Shown here one piece after another: positions 48,278 to 58,356 of a DNA stretch of 64,000 nt. Position 1 is the first letter of the stretch, and each line of letters opens with the position of its first letter. The translations under genes were made by a program, and so were the position numbers. The DNA comes from Pedosphaera sp. (lineage in GTDB: Bacteria; Verrucomicrobiota; Verrucomicrobiia; Limisphaerales; SIBH01). Below the pieces are notes generated by a model. The model worked only from the letters and a program-made list of their open reading frames with translations, was not told where the DNA came from and searched no databases. The DNA is taken from assembly GCA_031414955.1 (NCBI GenBank), contig JANOQV010000123.1, positions 1-64,000 on the forward strand. Direction: 5' to 3'.

Positions 48278-48661
48278 CTAGGCCTTGGCCAGCGTGGCCG
48301 CAGGCTTGGCGCTCAACGCTTTCTTGGCGATTTCCACGAGCGTCGCAAAAGCCGGCGCGTCCTGCGCCGCGAGGTCGGACAAAATTTTGCGATCAATTTC
48401 GCACTGCGCGGCCTTGAGACCTTCCATGAAGCGGCTGTAGGTCAGGCCCACTTCGCGGACGGCGGCGTTGATGCGTGCCTGCCAGAGGTAGCGGAAGGTA
48501 CGCTTGCGCGTCTTGCGGTCGCGGTAGGCATACTGTCGGCCGTGGTCGAGCGCGTCAGAAGCGTAACGGTAAAGCTTGGAGCGCCTGAGGCGGAAGCCTT
48601 TGGCGGCCACGATCATTCTGTTCCGGCGTTTGCGGGAAGCTGCAGCGTTGGTTACTCGCAT
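48278..48661 (-). CDS. rplT: 50S ribosomal protein L20
   Basis: AKGF, YAYRDRKTRKRTFRYLWQARINAA, IDRKILSDLA. Confidence 0.97.
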   Translation of the reverse strand: MRVTNAAASRKRRNRMIVAAKGFRLRRSKLYRYASDALDHGRQYAYRDRKTRKRTFRYLWQARINAAVREVGLTYSRFMEGLKAAQCEIDRKILSDLAAQDAPAFATLVEIAKKALSAKPAATLAKA

Positions 48662-48689
48662 AAAATCTTAGGGTATGGGGTCTGTGGAA

Positions 48690-48899
48690 TTAGCGCGTGA
48701 AGGGGAGATTCTGCTTGATGCGATAGACATCCGTTTTGTCGGTCACGACGGTGCCGCCCAGCCCGCGACGGCGTTTGGAGTTCTTGGTTTGCAGCAAGTG
48801 ACGCTTGCCCGCGCGGGAGCGCATGACTTTGCCCGTGGCAGTGATTTTGAACCGCTTAGCCACGGCCTTCCTGGTTTTAATTCCCTTTGGACGACGCAT
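48690..48899 (-). CDS. rpmI: 50S ribosomal protein L35
   Basis: KTRKAVAKRFKITATGKV...GKRHLL; directly upstream of rplT. Confidence 0.96.
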   Translation of the reverse strand: MRRPKGIKTRKAVAKRFKITATGKVMRSRAGKRHLLQTKNSKRRRGLGGTVVTDKTDVYRIKQNLPFTR

Positions 48900-48932
48900 A
48901 ATGATTTAGATTTCCCTCAAAAAAGAGCGCGC

Positions 48933-48961
48933 AATGTAGGAACCGAGCAACCGGGGTGCAA
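48933..48961 (-). promoter_or_regulatory. Sigma-70-type promoter for rpmI-rplT
   Basis: TTGCAC-N17-TACATT, 33 nt upstream of the rpmI ATG. Confidence 0.6.
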
Positions 48962-48990
48962 GAGATATTTCAGCCGCTCTGGGACTCCGC

Positions 48991-49560
48991 TCAAGTCTTT
49001 GGCTCACGCCAGAAGCGTTGCATCTCAAGGAAAGTGAACGAGGCCGACCATCCGAGCAGAACCCACCCATTCAGAGCCTCCATCGCAGCGATAAAGCGGA
49101 TGGGGCCGACCGGCACGATGTCGCCGTAACCAATGGTGGTGAAAGTAACGAAGGAGAAGTAAATGTGATCCAGCCACTGGTGGTGAATCCGGCCCTCCAA
49201 ATGACCGAACAGGGCGTGACCGTCGAGCACCCAGTAGCCGAAGGCGTAGATCCAAACTTCCACGACATGTGTCATCAGCAAACCAAGGATGAGCACCAAC
49301 ACCCGCATCCGGTGCAACTGCTGGAGCCGGTTAAGGAGCAGGGAAAGCTTGCGCAGCACTTCGTAGTGGAGAAGCACGCAAGCCACGACCAGCAGGACGG
49401 CAACGACGGCCACAATGAATTGTCCCGGCGGCACACCACTCTGGACGGCGGCCTCGGGCCGAACACCGTCGCGCACCGGTGCCGCCGCCAGAAGGCTGGA
49501 GGGACAAAGCAAGAGACCGGCGAACCCCAGCCGGATTTTTCTGGAAAACAGGTTTAGCAA
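48991..49560 (-). CDS. Potassium channel family protein (Ion_trans_2)
   Basis: Selectivity filter YFSFVTFTTIGYGDIVP; start uncertain. Confidence 0.85.
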   Translation of the reverse strand: MLNLFSRKIRLGFAGLLLCPSSLLAAAPVRDGVRPEAAVQSGVPPGQFIVAVVAVLLVVACVLLHYEVLRKLSLLLNRLQQLHRMRVLVLILGLLMTHVVEVWIYAFGYWVLDGHALFGHLEGRIHHQWLDHIYFSFVTFTTIGYGDIVPVGPIRFIAAMEALNGWVLLGWSASFTFLEMQRFWREPKT

Positions 49561-49693
49561 ACGCCGGGAAGGCTAGACTCTGATTCCAACCGGGACAACC
49601 CAGAAGGCACCGAACGATTCATGCACATCTGAGTTGGATGGCGGAAGAATGGGGGTTGCCGGTCAGACCGCTATTTGCGAACTTAAACGCTCA

Positions 49694-50044
49694 ATGAAAA
49701 ATATTCTCATCGGCACCTGGACCAAACTCCGGATGATTTGTTGCACGACTCTGGCGACGGGCGCGCTTTTCTGCGGTTGCAAGGAAAAACCCCTGGAGCC
49801 GCAGATGCCGCTTCCGCCCAAAACCGCCGCCGAGAAATCCAAGGAAGCCATCAAGGACGCCGCCGCCAAGACCGGGGATGTGGTCAAAGACACTGCGGCC
49901 AAAGCCGGCGACGCGATCAAGGACACGGCGGCCAAGGGCTGGGACGCGACCAAGGACGGCGCGGGCAAAGTGGGCGACGCGGCCAAAGACATCGGTGAGG
50001 ACCTCAAGCGCGGGGCGGAAAAGCTGGGCGACAAGTTTAAGTGA
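49694..50044 (+). CDS. Small lipoprotein with 11-aa amphipathic (LEA-like) repeats
   Basis: Lipobox-like ALFCGC; repeats KDAAAKTGDVV/KDTAAKAGDAI/KDTAAKGWDAT. Confidence 0.75.
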   Translation: MKNILIGTWTKLRMICCTTLATGALFCGCKEKPLEPQMPLPPKTAAEKSKEAIKDAAAKTGDVVKDTAAKAGDAIKDTAAKGWDATKDGAGKVGDAAKDIGEDLKRGAEKLGDKFK

Positions 50045-50051
50045 GGCCAGG

Positions 50052-51437
50052 TCAGCACCCGGTCGCGACGACTGCGTCCGACCATTTCCAAATCAACTTG
50101 CGACGCGTGGCCGGGATGACCTTGAACCGCTCGCCAATGCGCAGCCCTTCGACCCAGATGATTTCTCCAGTGGCGGTCGTGGCGAGCACAAGTTGGTGAC
50201 GGCGGACACGAGGAATTTTCAGGTTTACAAACAGATCCTGCAACTTCGCCGAATGGGGCAGCCCGATGGGTTGGAACCGATCCCCGTTCCGCCAATGACG
50301 CAATACTACCGTGTCCCCGATGGCGTCGGCATCAAGTTGCTCGCTCTGTAGCGCACGCCGCTTGGGGAGCCGGTGGCCTGAGACGATGCGCCAGCGGACA
50401 GCCAGCGAACCGAAGAACACCTCTCCCGGCTTCACACCCAGACCTAAAGTCCGGGCGGCGGGCAAAGTCGGTGGAACCGGTTTGCTCCGAGTCTCAATTC
50501 TCCCGGCCGGGCTTCGGCGGCAGTGCCCTCCATCCCGCACCGAGACCCACTCGCCAGCCCGGGTGCGCAACTGTTCAACCTGCTCAAATTGTGGAATCAC
50601 ACCAGACGCGAGCAGTTCGATTTGTACCACCCGGCGCTGCAAGGCAGTGGGCAACTCGTCAAAGCCCTTCAGCGGCCGTAGCGACTTGAGCCACTGGATG
50701 GCTTCCTGGGTGACAAACTCGCCTTCGTCGTGAATCAACCGCATGGAGCGCAACACCGCGCGGTCGATTTGGGGCTGATAATGATGGCGGAGCAGAGGCA
50801 ACAGTTCATTACGTACGAGGTTCCGTTGAATATCGTTCGAGCGATTGGTGGAGTCTTCGCGGAACGCAATCTTCTCGGTGCGCGCAAAGTCGGCGAGGGC
50901 CGCCTTGGTCTCGCCGAGCAGCGGGCGGAGCAGGACCAAGCCGGGGGAGACCGGCGACGGGGAACTCCATCCCATCCCGCCCAATCCTTGCGATCCCGCC
51001 CCGCGCAGCAGACGAAGGAAGAACAGTTCGACCTGGTCATCGGCGTGATGAGCGAGGGCGATTTTGCGCGAGCCGCACCCACGGGCGGTTCGAGCCAGGA
51101 AAGCATGACGCAACGCGCGAGCCGCCATCTCCACCGAGATCCCGCTGGTTCGAGCCGCTGGCCGCACCTCGCTGCGGGCGCAGTGGAAGGGCAGGCCCAA
51201 CTTTCTGGCCGCACGCCTGACGAAGCGTTCATCAGCATTTGATTCCACGCCCCGCAATTGGTGGTTGAAGTGAGCCACGGCCAATTTCCATCGGTGCGTT
51301 GCGCTCAACCAATGCAGGCAGTGCAACAGCACCATCGAATCAATCCCGCCTGAAACAGCGACCAGCAGGCAATCGCCTTTGCGCAACAGGCCATGGCTGG
51401 CGATGATGTTCTCGAACCGTCCGATGAACTCGTTCAC
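50052..51437 (-). CDS. tilS: tRNA(Ile)-lysidine synthase
   Basis: VAVSGGIDSMVLL, AHFNHQLRG, AHHADDQVE, RPLL, EDSTN, RNLVR; C-terminal GDRFQPIG. Confidence 0.93.
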   Translation of the reverse strand: MNEFIGRFENIIASHGLLRKGDCLLVAVSGGIDSMVLLHCLHWLSATHRWKLAVAHFNHQLRGVESNADERFVRRAARKLGLPFHCARSEVRPAARTSGISVEMAARALRHAFLARTARGCGSRKIALAHHADDQVELFFLRLLRGAGSQGLGGMGWSSPSPVSPGLVLLRPLLGETKAALADFARTEKIAFREDSTNRSNDIQRNLVRNELLPLLRHHYQPQIDRAVLRSMRLIHDEGEFVTQEAIQWLKSLRPLKGFDELPTALQRRVVQIELLASGVIPQFEQVEQLRTRAGEWVSVRDGGHCRRSPAGRIETRSKPVPPTLPAARTLGLGVKPGEVFFGSLAVRWRIVSGHRLPKRRALQSEQLDADAIGDTVVLRHWRNGDRFQPIGLPHSAKLQDLFVNLKIPRVRRHQLVLATTATGEIIWVEGLRIGERFKVIPATRRKLIWKWSDAVVATGC

Positions 51438-51679
51438 CCCGGAACAGTAGCGATCTTTTGGGGAAGAGAGCGAGCGCGTTCCCGACAACTGATTCGAGTG
51501 GGAACGGCCCGGACCGGACTCTTTTTTGCTGATTTCAGCAATCCCAAAACCGACCCCGCCCTCGCCCGATCCACCGGCTCGATCCACACGCCCGCGCCGA
51601 CGATCGCCCCTGGAGCACTCAACTCCCTGAACTATGAAACGAAGTCCCCCACAGGTTGAGGCCCGGGGTTCGCATCGCT

Positions 51680-54600
51680 TCATCGAGTCGCCGTCACCAA
51701 AAGCTTTCCATTTTTCCAGCCGTTGAGGAACGAGGATGCTTCCGTCAATTTCTCCTCCAAGCTCTGCACCTGGCTGACGGCGGCCGAAGCGGATTGCCAA
51801 GCTTCGTCACGTTCCTTCTCAGTACGAGCCAACTGGGACCTCAAGGGTTCGATGGCGGAGCGCGTTGTTTGCTCCAGTTCCGCCTCCCATTGCTGCCGAG
51901 CGGCCATCTGGCGGGCCTCCGCTTGCGCGGTGAACTGGGCGACCAAGTCCTGCTCACGCTGCTTGGCCTTGGTTTGGGCAGCATCGTCTTTTTGCTGCAG
52001 CTCCTTGCGATGGTGGGCTTCCAGTTCACGCAAGCTGGTCTCAGCTTCCTGTTCGCGGCGGCGAAACCCTTGCTCGGTCTGAGCCTGCGACTCGGCCCGG
52101 AGGGCATCCACCTTCGCCAGCCATTGTTGCTCACGCTGGCGCGATTGGGATTGGAGCACCTCCTCCTTCTCTTGCGCCTCGCGATCCAAACGGGTTTCGG
52201 TGGCGCGAACGCGCGACTCAGTCTGGCGCTCCCATTCTTCCTCACGGCTGCGCAAGACCGAAGCCGCCTGATTCTTCAATTCGGTTTCACGGGCGGCGGC
52301 CTTCAGGGCCATCTCCTGTTCTCGTTGTCTGAGCTTGGCCTGGGCGGCCAGTTCCTGCTGCTGCAATTCCTGCTCCAAGCGTGTGTCAGCCTCGCGCGAC
52401 TTGGTTTCGAGCTGCCGTTCCAGTTCCGACTCCTGGCGGCGCCATTGCTCCTCCATCTGTGTTTGGGCGCTTCTTAACCGAACTTCCGCCTGCGCCAGCA
52501 ACTGCTGCTCCCGCTGCGTGAGTCTGGTTTGGGCGGCTTCTTCCCGCTGCTGCACTTCTTGCTTCCAGCGTGCTTCCACCTCCCGGGCACGGGCGGCCCA
52601 CTGCTCTTCCAGTTCCGCTTCCCGGCGGCGGGCGTCCTGTTCCACCCTGGCCTTTTCCTCGGTCGAACGGGCCTCAAAGGAGAGAGCCAGTTCCTGTTCG
52701 CGTTGCTGCCCGCGGCGTTCCGAGTCCTCCTCACGCTGGCGCTGGGCCTTTTCAAACTCCAACTGCTGTTTCTCCAAACGGTGCTTTTCCTGACGGGCGG
52801 CCTTTTCCATTTCACGGGCCGCGTCCTCTTTGGTTTGGGACAACCGCACCGCATGGGAGTCAGCCTGATGCTTCAACTGGGACTCTGCCGTATCGCGGGC
52901 GTCCAAGGCTTCCTGCAGGTCATGAGCCAGCTTCGCGGAGCTTTCCACGGCGGCCAGTTCGGCATCGGCCACCTGGCGGCGGGCCTGAATCACCTGGGTT
53001 TTGCAGTCTTCAGACACGGTCATCAGCTTCTTGTGATGCTCATGGCTCAAGGCCGTGCGTTCCGATTCGCTGGCGACCCGCTGTTCGTCCAGCTCCTGGC
53101 GCAATTGGGTCAGGCGATCCGACCAGGCGCTTTGCCGCATCTGAATCTGGCGTTCGATCTCCGACTTCTGCAAATCGCGCAAGGCGTCTTTCTCGATGAT
53201 GGCACGGTTGAGCGAATCCGCCATGCCGGAGAGCTTCCCGACCCACTCGTCTTCCTTTTTCGACAGTGCGTCTTCATGCCGCTCGGCTCTCATCCTCATT
53301 TGATCCTGGTGCCCGGCCACAGCCACGGCGAGGGACTCGCGCGCAGCCTGCAACTCGGCGTCTTTCTGGGTCAGGGCTTGCTCCGCCGTGGCCTGCGCAG
53401 CCGACAGTGCCCGGTCGCGAAGGTCGACCTCGGCGCCGACCTCACGGGCCAGGCGCTCGGCGCGCAAAATCTTCTGGCGACCGGCGCGGGTGTAGAGCCA
53501 GTGCAAACGACGACCAAAGAAGCCGAGACGATAAGCGGGACGTTGTTGCTCAGGCTTGAAGAGGGTGGAAAAACCAATCTCCACCATCAGGGTGGGCAGG
53601 AAAGCGACGATGAAAGCCAGCACCGGGTAAACCCAGATCCGCACCATGCTGATTTGGTCGGTGAGCAAGTCGCCGCGCTGCTTGGCGCTGGCCGTGACGG
53701 AGACCGGACGCTCGCCAAACAGCCAGCCGCGCACGATTTCCACCGTGGTGGCGATGCGGTGGACCTGAGTGTCTTTGATGGACTCCACCCGGGCCTCATA
53801 AAACCCGTCCGCCTTCTTGCGGGCGGCATCCAGTTCCGCGCGAACGGCCTCCAACGGACGCTGGTTCTTGAGCGCGCCCTCTTCAATCTGCACGGTCGCC
53901 GCGTATTCCTGGTCAATTTTGGCTTCCTCGGCCTTGCCCTCTTTCACCAGCCCGGCCAGAGCGGCCAGGAATTCTTCGCGCTTGCGATCCGTTTCCTCGC
54001 GCTTGGTGCCCGAACGACGGCCAAATTCCTCGCGCAACCGACGCGCGTCGGCATCCACCTGGGCCACACCGTCACGGCGCTTGTTGCTGACCGCGATCAA
54101 TTCGGCTTCCTTCGCTTTGATCTGCCCTTCGATCTCCGCGACCAAAGTGGGTTTAAGAATCTTGTTCGACTCGCGCTCCGGCGGCACGCCGGGAGGCACA
54201 GGCTCAAACATGATCTTGCGCTTGAGAAAATTGGCACCGTCGTACTCCGCCTTGTCCTTGTCATAGGCGTTCTTCTTGTTGGTGTACTCGGCCAGCTTCG
54301 CCTTGTAGGCATTTTCCACGCGGGCCTCCTCGACATTCCAGGTGGTGGCGCGGGCCACTTCGGCTTCGCGCCGGACGCGCAGTTCAGCGATGGCCTTGGT
54401 GAGTTGCGCCGCGTCCGCGTCAAACTGCCTGATGATGGTGGTCTGGCGGGCTTCTGCATCCGACAATTCTTTCTTCTGATAATCCGTCAGAGTGATGGCG
54501 TCCTGGCGCGTGGCGTCATTGCGCTTGAGCGACTCCTCGAGTTCGGCCTTGGCCCGGGCTTGCTTCGCGGCCAGGTCAACCAGCTTGCGGTCGCGATCCG

Positions 54601-55135
54601 CTTTCTTTTCCTGAAGGACGGCTTTGACCGTGCCATCGTCCTTGGTCTGGTTCTCCAACTCGGCGTTGAGCTGGACGATTTTGATTTCTTCCGCCGCCGC
54701 CTGCTCGAGGATCTGGCTCGCCGGAGTCATGGCCGTGCCCATCTCATAGACCGCCATGTCCTTGACCAACTGGAAAGTCAGCACGCAAATCAGAGGCAGT
54801 CCCACCACCAGCATCACGCCTTTTTGCCAGCCGACCCGGGAGGCAGTCCAGATGGCCAGGGGCAGCTTGAGCAACTCGACCGCGAGAATGGTCGCGCCGA
54901 TCGGGCCGATGCCAAAGAATATGACCCCCATACCCTTGGGCACGCAGACCACCTGCTGATACTTCCACCCGGTCGCCAGAATGACGAATTCCACCAAGGT
55001 CGCCATGACGATCAAGGGCAGCGTCAGGTAGGAAATGCGTTTACTTTTCAATTGCTGCCACGGGGAAAATCCGTGGTCACGCTGGTTCACGGAACCAGGA
55101 GAATCCTGGGAACCTGTTGAGTGGGAACTTTTCAT
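51680..55135 (-). CDS. Large membrane protein with two long coiled-coil regions, function unknown
   Basis: Three N-terminal TMs, ~370 aa coiled coil, one further TM (VWYPVLAF-like segment WVYPVLAFIVAFLP), then ~600 aa E/Q/R-rich coiled coil. Confidence 0.8.
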   Translation of the reverse strand: MKSSHSTGSQDSPGSVNQRDHGFSPWQQLKSKRISYLTLPLIVMATLVEFVILATGWKYQQVVCVPKGMGVIFFGIGPIGATILAVELLKLPLAIWTASRVGWQKGVMLVVGLPLICVLTFQLVKDMAVYEMGTAMTPASQILEQAAAEEIKIVQLNAELENQTKDDGTVKAVLQEKKADRDRKLVDLAAKQARAKAELEESLKRNDATRQDAITLTDYQKKELSDAEARQTTIIRQFDADAAQLTKAIAELRVRREAEVARATTWNVEEARVENAYKAKLAEYTNKKNAYDKDKAEYDGANFLKRKIMFEPVPPGVPPERESNKILKPTLVAEIEGQIKAKEAELIAVSNKRRDGVAQVDADARRLREEFGRRSGTKREETDRKREEFLAALAGLVKEGKAEEAKIDQEYAATVQIEEGALKNQRPLEAVRAELDAARKKADGFYEARVESIKDTQVHRIATTVEIVRGWLFGERPVSVTASAKQRGDLLTDQISMVRIWVYPVLAFIVAFLPTLMVEIGFSTLFKPEQQRPAYRLGFFGRRLHWLYTRAGRQKILRAERLAREVGAEVDLRDRALSAAQATAEQALTQKDAELQAARESLAVAVAGHQDQMRMRAERHEDALSKKEDEWVGKLSGMADSLNRAIIEKDALRDLQKSEIERQIQMRQSAWSDRLTQLRQELDEQRVASESERTALSHEHHKKLMTVSEDCKTQVIQARRQVADAELAAVESSAKLAHDLQEALDARDTAESQLKHQADSHAVRLSQTKEDAAREMEKAARQEKHRLEKQQLEFEKAQRQREEDSERRGQQREQELALSFEARSTEEKARVEQDARRREAELEEQWAARAREVEARWKQEVQQREEAAQTRLTQREQQLLAQAEVRLRSAQTQMEEQWRRQESELERQLETKSREADTRLEQELQQQELAAQAKLRQREQEMALKAAARETELKNQAASVLRSREEEWERQTESRVRATETRLDREAQEKEEVLQSQSRQREQQWLAKVDALRAESQAQTEQGFRRREQEAETSLRELEAHHRKELQQKDDAAQTKAKQREQDLVAQFTAQAEARQMAARQQWEAELEQTTRSAIEPLRSQLARTEKERDEAWQSASAAVSQVQSLEEKLTEASSFLNGWKNGKLLVTATR

Positions 55136-55592
55136 AATTGAACCTTCATTGACGCTGACCATTGGCCGGGGCCTGTCGCAAGAGCCGACGACCGGCTCGG
55201 AAACGCAATTATGAGAAGAGGCCAAAGATGGGCCTCTGATCCGGGGCGGATCACTCGACGTTTCAAACTGGCGCGTCCATTAATCACGCACCGGCAAGGC
55301 AGCTTGTGTGCCAGTGCGCCGAACACAGTCAAAACCTGTCCCGCCAGACCCAACTCCCACGAGGATCGCCCTGTTTGCATGGATATTCAGGCCAGCCTGG
55401 AGGGGCAAGATTGGGCAGTCGTGTCAAAGATTCTGACACGTCGTTAAGCTTGGCCGAGGCGCGGCAGACCGGAGACAAACCGACGATTCTCACCAATCAT
55501 TCACCCGCCGACCTGGCTGAATGCCCTCAGTCCCGCCTCGAATGGACAAGGCTGCCCGCCGGAGGGCCGCAGGCTCGGATGGAGGGAGGTGA

Positions 55593-58340
55593 TTAGAGCA
55601 ACTGCGGGAAGACCTTGTTCGCGTCGTAGTGCAAATCCTTCATGGCCTTGGCCACGACGCTACGCTCGATCTGGCCCTTCTCGGCCAGCGCGAAGAGCGT
55701 GGCGATGACGGTGGACTCCGCGTCCACCTCGAAGAAGCGCCGCAATCGCTCGCGGGTGTCGCTGCGGCCAAAGCCGTCCGTGCCGAGCGTCATCAGCCCG
55801 CCGGGCACCCACGGGGCGATTTGTTCAGGGACGATGCGCAGACTGTCCGAGACGGCCACGAAGGAACCCTGCTCATTCGCCAGCACGGTCTCGAGGTAGG
55901 ATTTCTTCGGCGGCTCGGTGGGGTGCAGCATGTTCCAGCGGCGCGCGTTGATGGCTTCGTTGCGCAGCCGCTTGTAGCTGGTGGCGCTCCACACGTCGGC
56001 GCTCACGTCGTAGCGCTCGGCCAGGATTTGCTGCGCCTTCAAGGCGGAGTGGATGAGCGGGCCGCTGCCCAGAATCTGCGCCGGATGCTTCTTGCCTGCC
56101 GCGCCCCGGCGGAACTTGTAGAGACCATTGAGGATGCCCTCGGTCGCGCCCTCGGGCATGGCGGGCTGGGTGTAGTTCTCGTTGTAAAGCGTGAGGTAAT
56201 AAAACACCTCCTCGCCGTCCTGATACATGCGCTTCATGCCGTCGGCAATGATGACGGCGACTTCGTAGGCAAAGGCCGGATCGTAAGCGTAAATGGTTGG
56301 CACCGTGCTCGCGGCCAGCAGGCTGTGACCGTCCTGATGTTGCAAGCCTTCACCGTTGAGCGTGGTGCGGCCGTAAGTCGCGCCGCAGAGGAAGCCCTTG
56401 GCACGGATGTCCCCGGCCAGCCAGATCTGATCGCCGATGCGCTGGAAGCCGAACATCGAGTAGTAGATGAAGAACGGAATCATGTTCACGCCCACGCTGG
56501 CGTAGGCCGTGCCCGCGCTGATGAACGAAGCCATGGAGCCGGCTTCGGTGATGCCTTCTTCGAGAATCTGCCCGTCCTTGGACTCGACGTAGGGCGAAAT
56601 GGATTTCGTATCCACCGGATCGTAGAGCTGGCCCTTGGAGGAGTAGATGCCGAACTCGCGGAACATCGGGTCGATGCCAAAGGTGCGCGCCTCATCAGGG
56701 ATGATGGGCACGATGTTACGTCCGATGGTTTCGTTGCGCAGGAGTTTCCCGAACAGATCCACGAAGGCCATGGTGGTGGAAACGCTGCGCCCGCCCGAAC
56801 CTTTGAGCGCGCTCACGCCAAACTCCTCGACTGGGGGCGTGATGAGTCGCGGCGCTTTCACCGTGCGCTTGGGCAACGAGCCGCCCAGTTCCTTGCGGCG
56901 CTTGAGCAGATACTTGATCTCCGGGCTGTCCGGTGCCGGTTTGTAGAACGGCATGTCCGCGATCTCTTCGTCCGAGATCGGGATGTCGAAGCGCGCGCGA
57001 AATTCGCGCAGCTCCTTCTCGTTCATCTTCTTCTGCTGGTGCGAAATGTTGCGGCCCTCGCCCGCCTCGCCCAGACCGTAGCCTTTGACCGTCTTGGCCA
57101 GGATGACGGTGGGCTGCCCCTTGTGCTCCATCGCCGCCTTGTAGGCCGCATAGACTTTGCGCCCGTCGTGGCCGCCGCGCAGCATCTTGCGGAGCTGCTC
57201 GTCGCTCAAATGCACGACGCGCTTGGCCAACTCGGGATACTTGCCGAAGAAATGTTTCCGGATGTAGCTGCCGCTCTCAACGATGTACTTTTGGAAATCT
57301 CCATCCACGCATTCATCCATGCGACGCAGCAGCAGACCGTCGTGGTCGTTGGCGAAGAGGTCATCCCAGTCCGTGCCCCAGATGACCTTGATGACATTCC
57401 AGCCCGCGCCGCGGAAGGCGCCTTCGAGTTCCTGGATAATCTTGCCATTGCCGCGCACCGGGCCATCGAGGCGCTGGAGGTTGCAGTTCACCACCCAGAT
57501 CAAATTATCCAACCCCTCGCGTGAAGCCAGGGTGAGCGCGCCCAGCGTCTCGGGCTCGTCGCTCTCGCCGTCGCCGACGAAGGCCCAGACCTTCGGCTCA
57601 TTCTCCGTGGGGATGAAGCCGCGGGCCTGCAAGTAGCGGAGGAAACGCGCCTGGTAAATCGAGGTGATCGGCCCGAGGCCCATCGACACGGTGGGGAACT
57701 GCCAAAAGTCCGGCATCAAGTAGGGATGCGGATAACTGGAGAGTCCGCCGCCCTCAGCCAGCTCCTGGCGGAAGTTGACGAGCTGCTCCTTGGTCAGGCG
57801 GCCTTCGAGGAAGGCGCGCGCGTAATTGCCCGGCGTGGCGTGGCCTTGGAAGAAAATGAAATCGCCGATGCCCTTGTCGCCGCCGCGGAAGATGTGGTTC
57901 TGCGCCACCTCATAAAGCGTGGCGCTGGAAGCGAAGCTGGAGATGTGACCGCCCAGTCCGTCGTGATTGTGATTGGCGTTGACCACCATGGCCATGGCGT
58001 TCCAGCGGATGATGCTCTTGATGCGGCGCTCAATGTCGCGGTCGCCAGGGTAATCCGGCTGCTCGCCCACCGGGATGGTGTTGATGTACGGAGTGCTGAC
58101 CGGGCTGGGTACCTTGATTCCCGAGCGGCGCAACCGCTCCACCAGGCTCTGGAGAAAGAGCGGCGCGGCCTCCTCGCCCTGCGTGCGCAGCACGAACTCG
58201 AGCAGATCCTCGACCGCCTCAAGGTAGTGGCGCTCGCCGTGGCCGCCGCCGCGCAGCGACGCAAGCCCGCCTGCGGCGCGAGAGGTCGCGCGCGGAAAAT
58301 GTTTGGTGGATGAATTACCAACTTTCACTTTATCACTCAC
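55593..58340 (-). CDS. aceE: Pyruvate dehydrogenase E1 component, homodimeric type
   Basis: RWNAMAMV, GGHISSFAS, QFPTVSMGLGP, GDGESDEPE, NCNLQRLDGPV, PDEARTFG, GTDGFGRSD. Confidence 0.95.
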   Translation of the reverse strand: MSDKVKVGNSSTKHFPRATSRAAGGLASLRGGGHGERHYLEAVEDLLEFVLRTQGEEAAPLFLQSLVERLRRSGIKVPSPVSTPYINTIPVGEQPDYPGDRDIERRIKSIIRWNAMAMVVNANHNHDGLGGHISSFASSATLYEVAQNHIFRGGDKGIGDFIFFQGHATPGNYARAFLEGRLTKEQLVNFRQELAEGGGLSSYPHPYLMPDFWQFPTVSMGLGPITSIYQARFLRYLQARGFIPTENEPKVWAFVGDGESDEPETLGALTLASREGLDNLIWVVNCNLQRLDGPVRGNGKIIQELEGAFRGAGWNVIKVIWGTDWDDLFANDHDGLLLRRMDECVDGDFQKYIVESGSYIRKHFFGKYPELAKRVVHLSDEQLRKMLRGGHDGRKVYAAYKAAMEHKGQPTVILAKTVKGYGLGEAGEGRNISHQQKKMNEKELREFRARFDIPISDEEIADMPFYKPAPDSPEIKYLLKRRKELGGSLPKRTVKAPRLITPPVEEFGVSALKGSGGRSVSTTMAFVDLFGKLLRNETIGRNIVPIIPDEARTFGIDPMFREFGIYSSKGQLYDPVDTKSISPYVESKDGQILEEGITEAGSMASFISAGTAYASVGVNMIPFFIYYSMFGFQRIGDQIWLAGDIRAKGFLCGATYGRTTLNGEGLQHQDGHSLLAASTVPTIYAYDPAFAYEVAVIIADGMKRMYQDGEEVFYYLTLYNENYTQPAMPEGATEGILNGLYKFRRGAAGKKHPAQILGSGPLIHSALKAQQILAERYDVSADVWSATSYKRLRNEAINARRWNMLHPTEPPKKSYLETVLANEQGSFVAVSDSLRIVPEQIAPWVPGGLMTLGTDGFGRSDTRERLRRFFEVDAESTVIATLFALAEKGQIERSVVAKAMKDLHYDANKVFPQLL

Positions 58341-58356
58341 AAGTCGTTGAAACTAA

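Noticed and set aside
52529..57524. Long plus-strand ORFs (863 aa and 631 aa)
   Set aside because: Antisense shadows of the coiled-coil gene and aceE.
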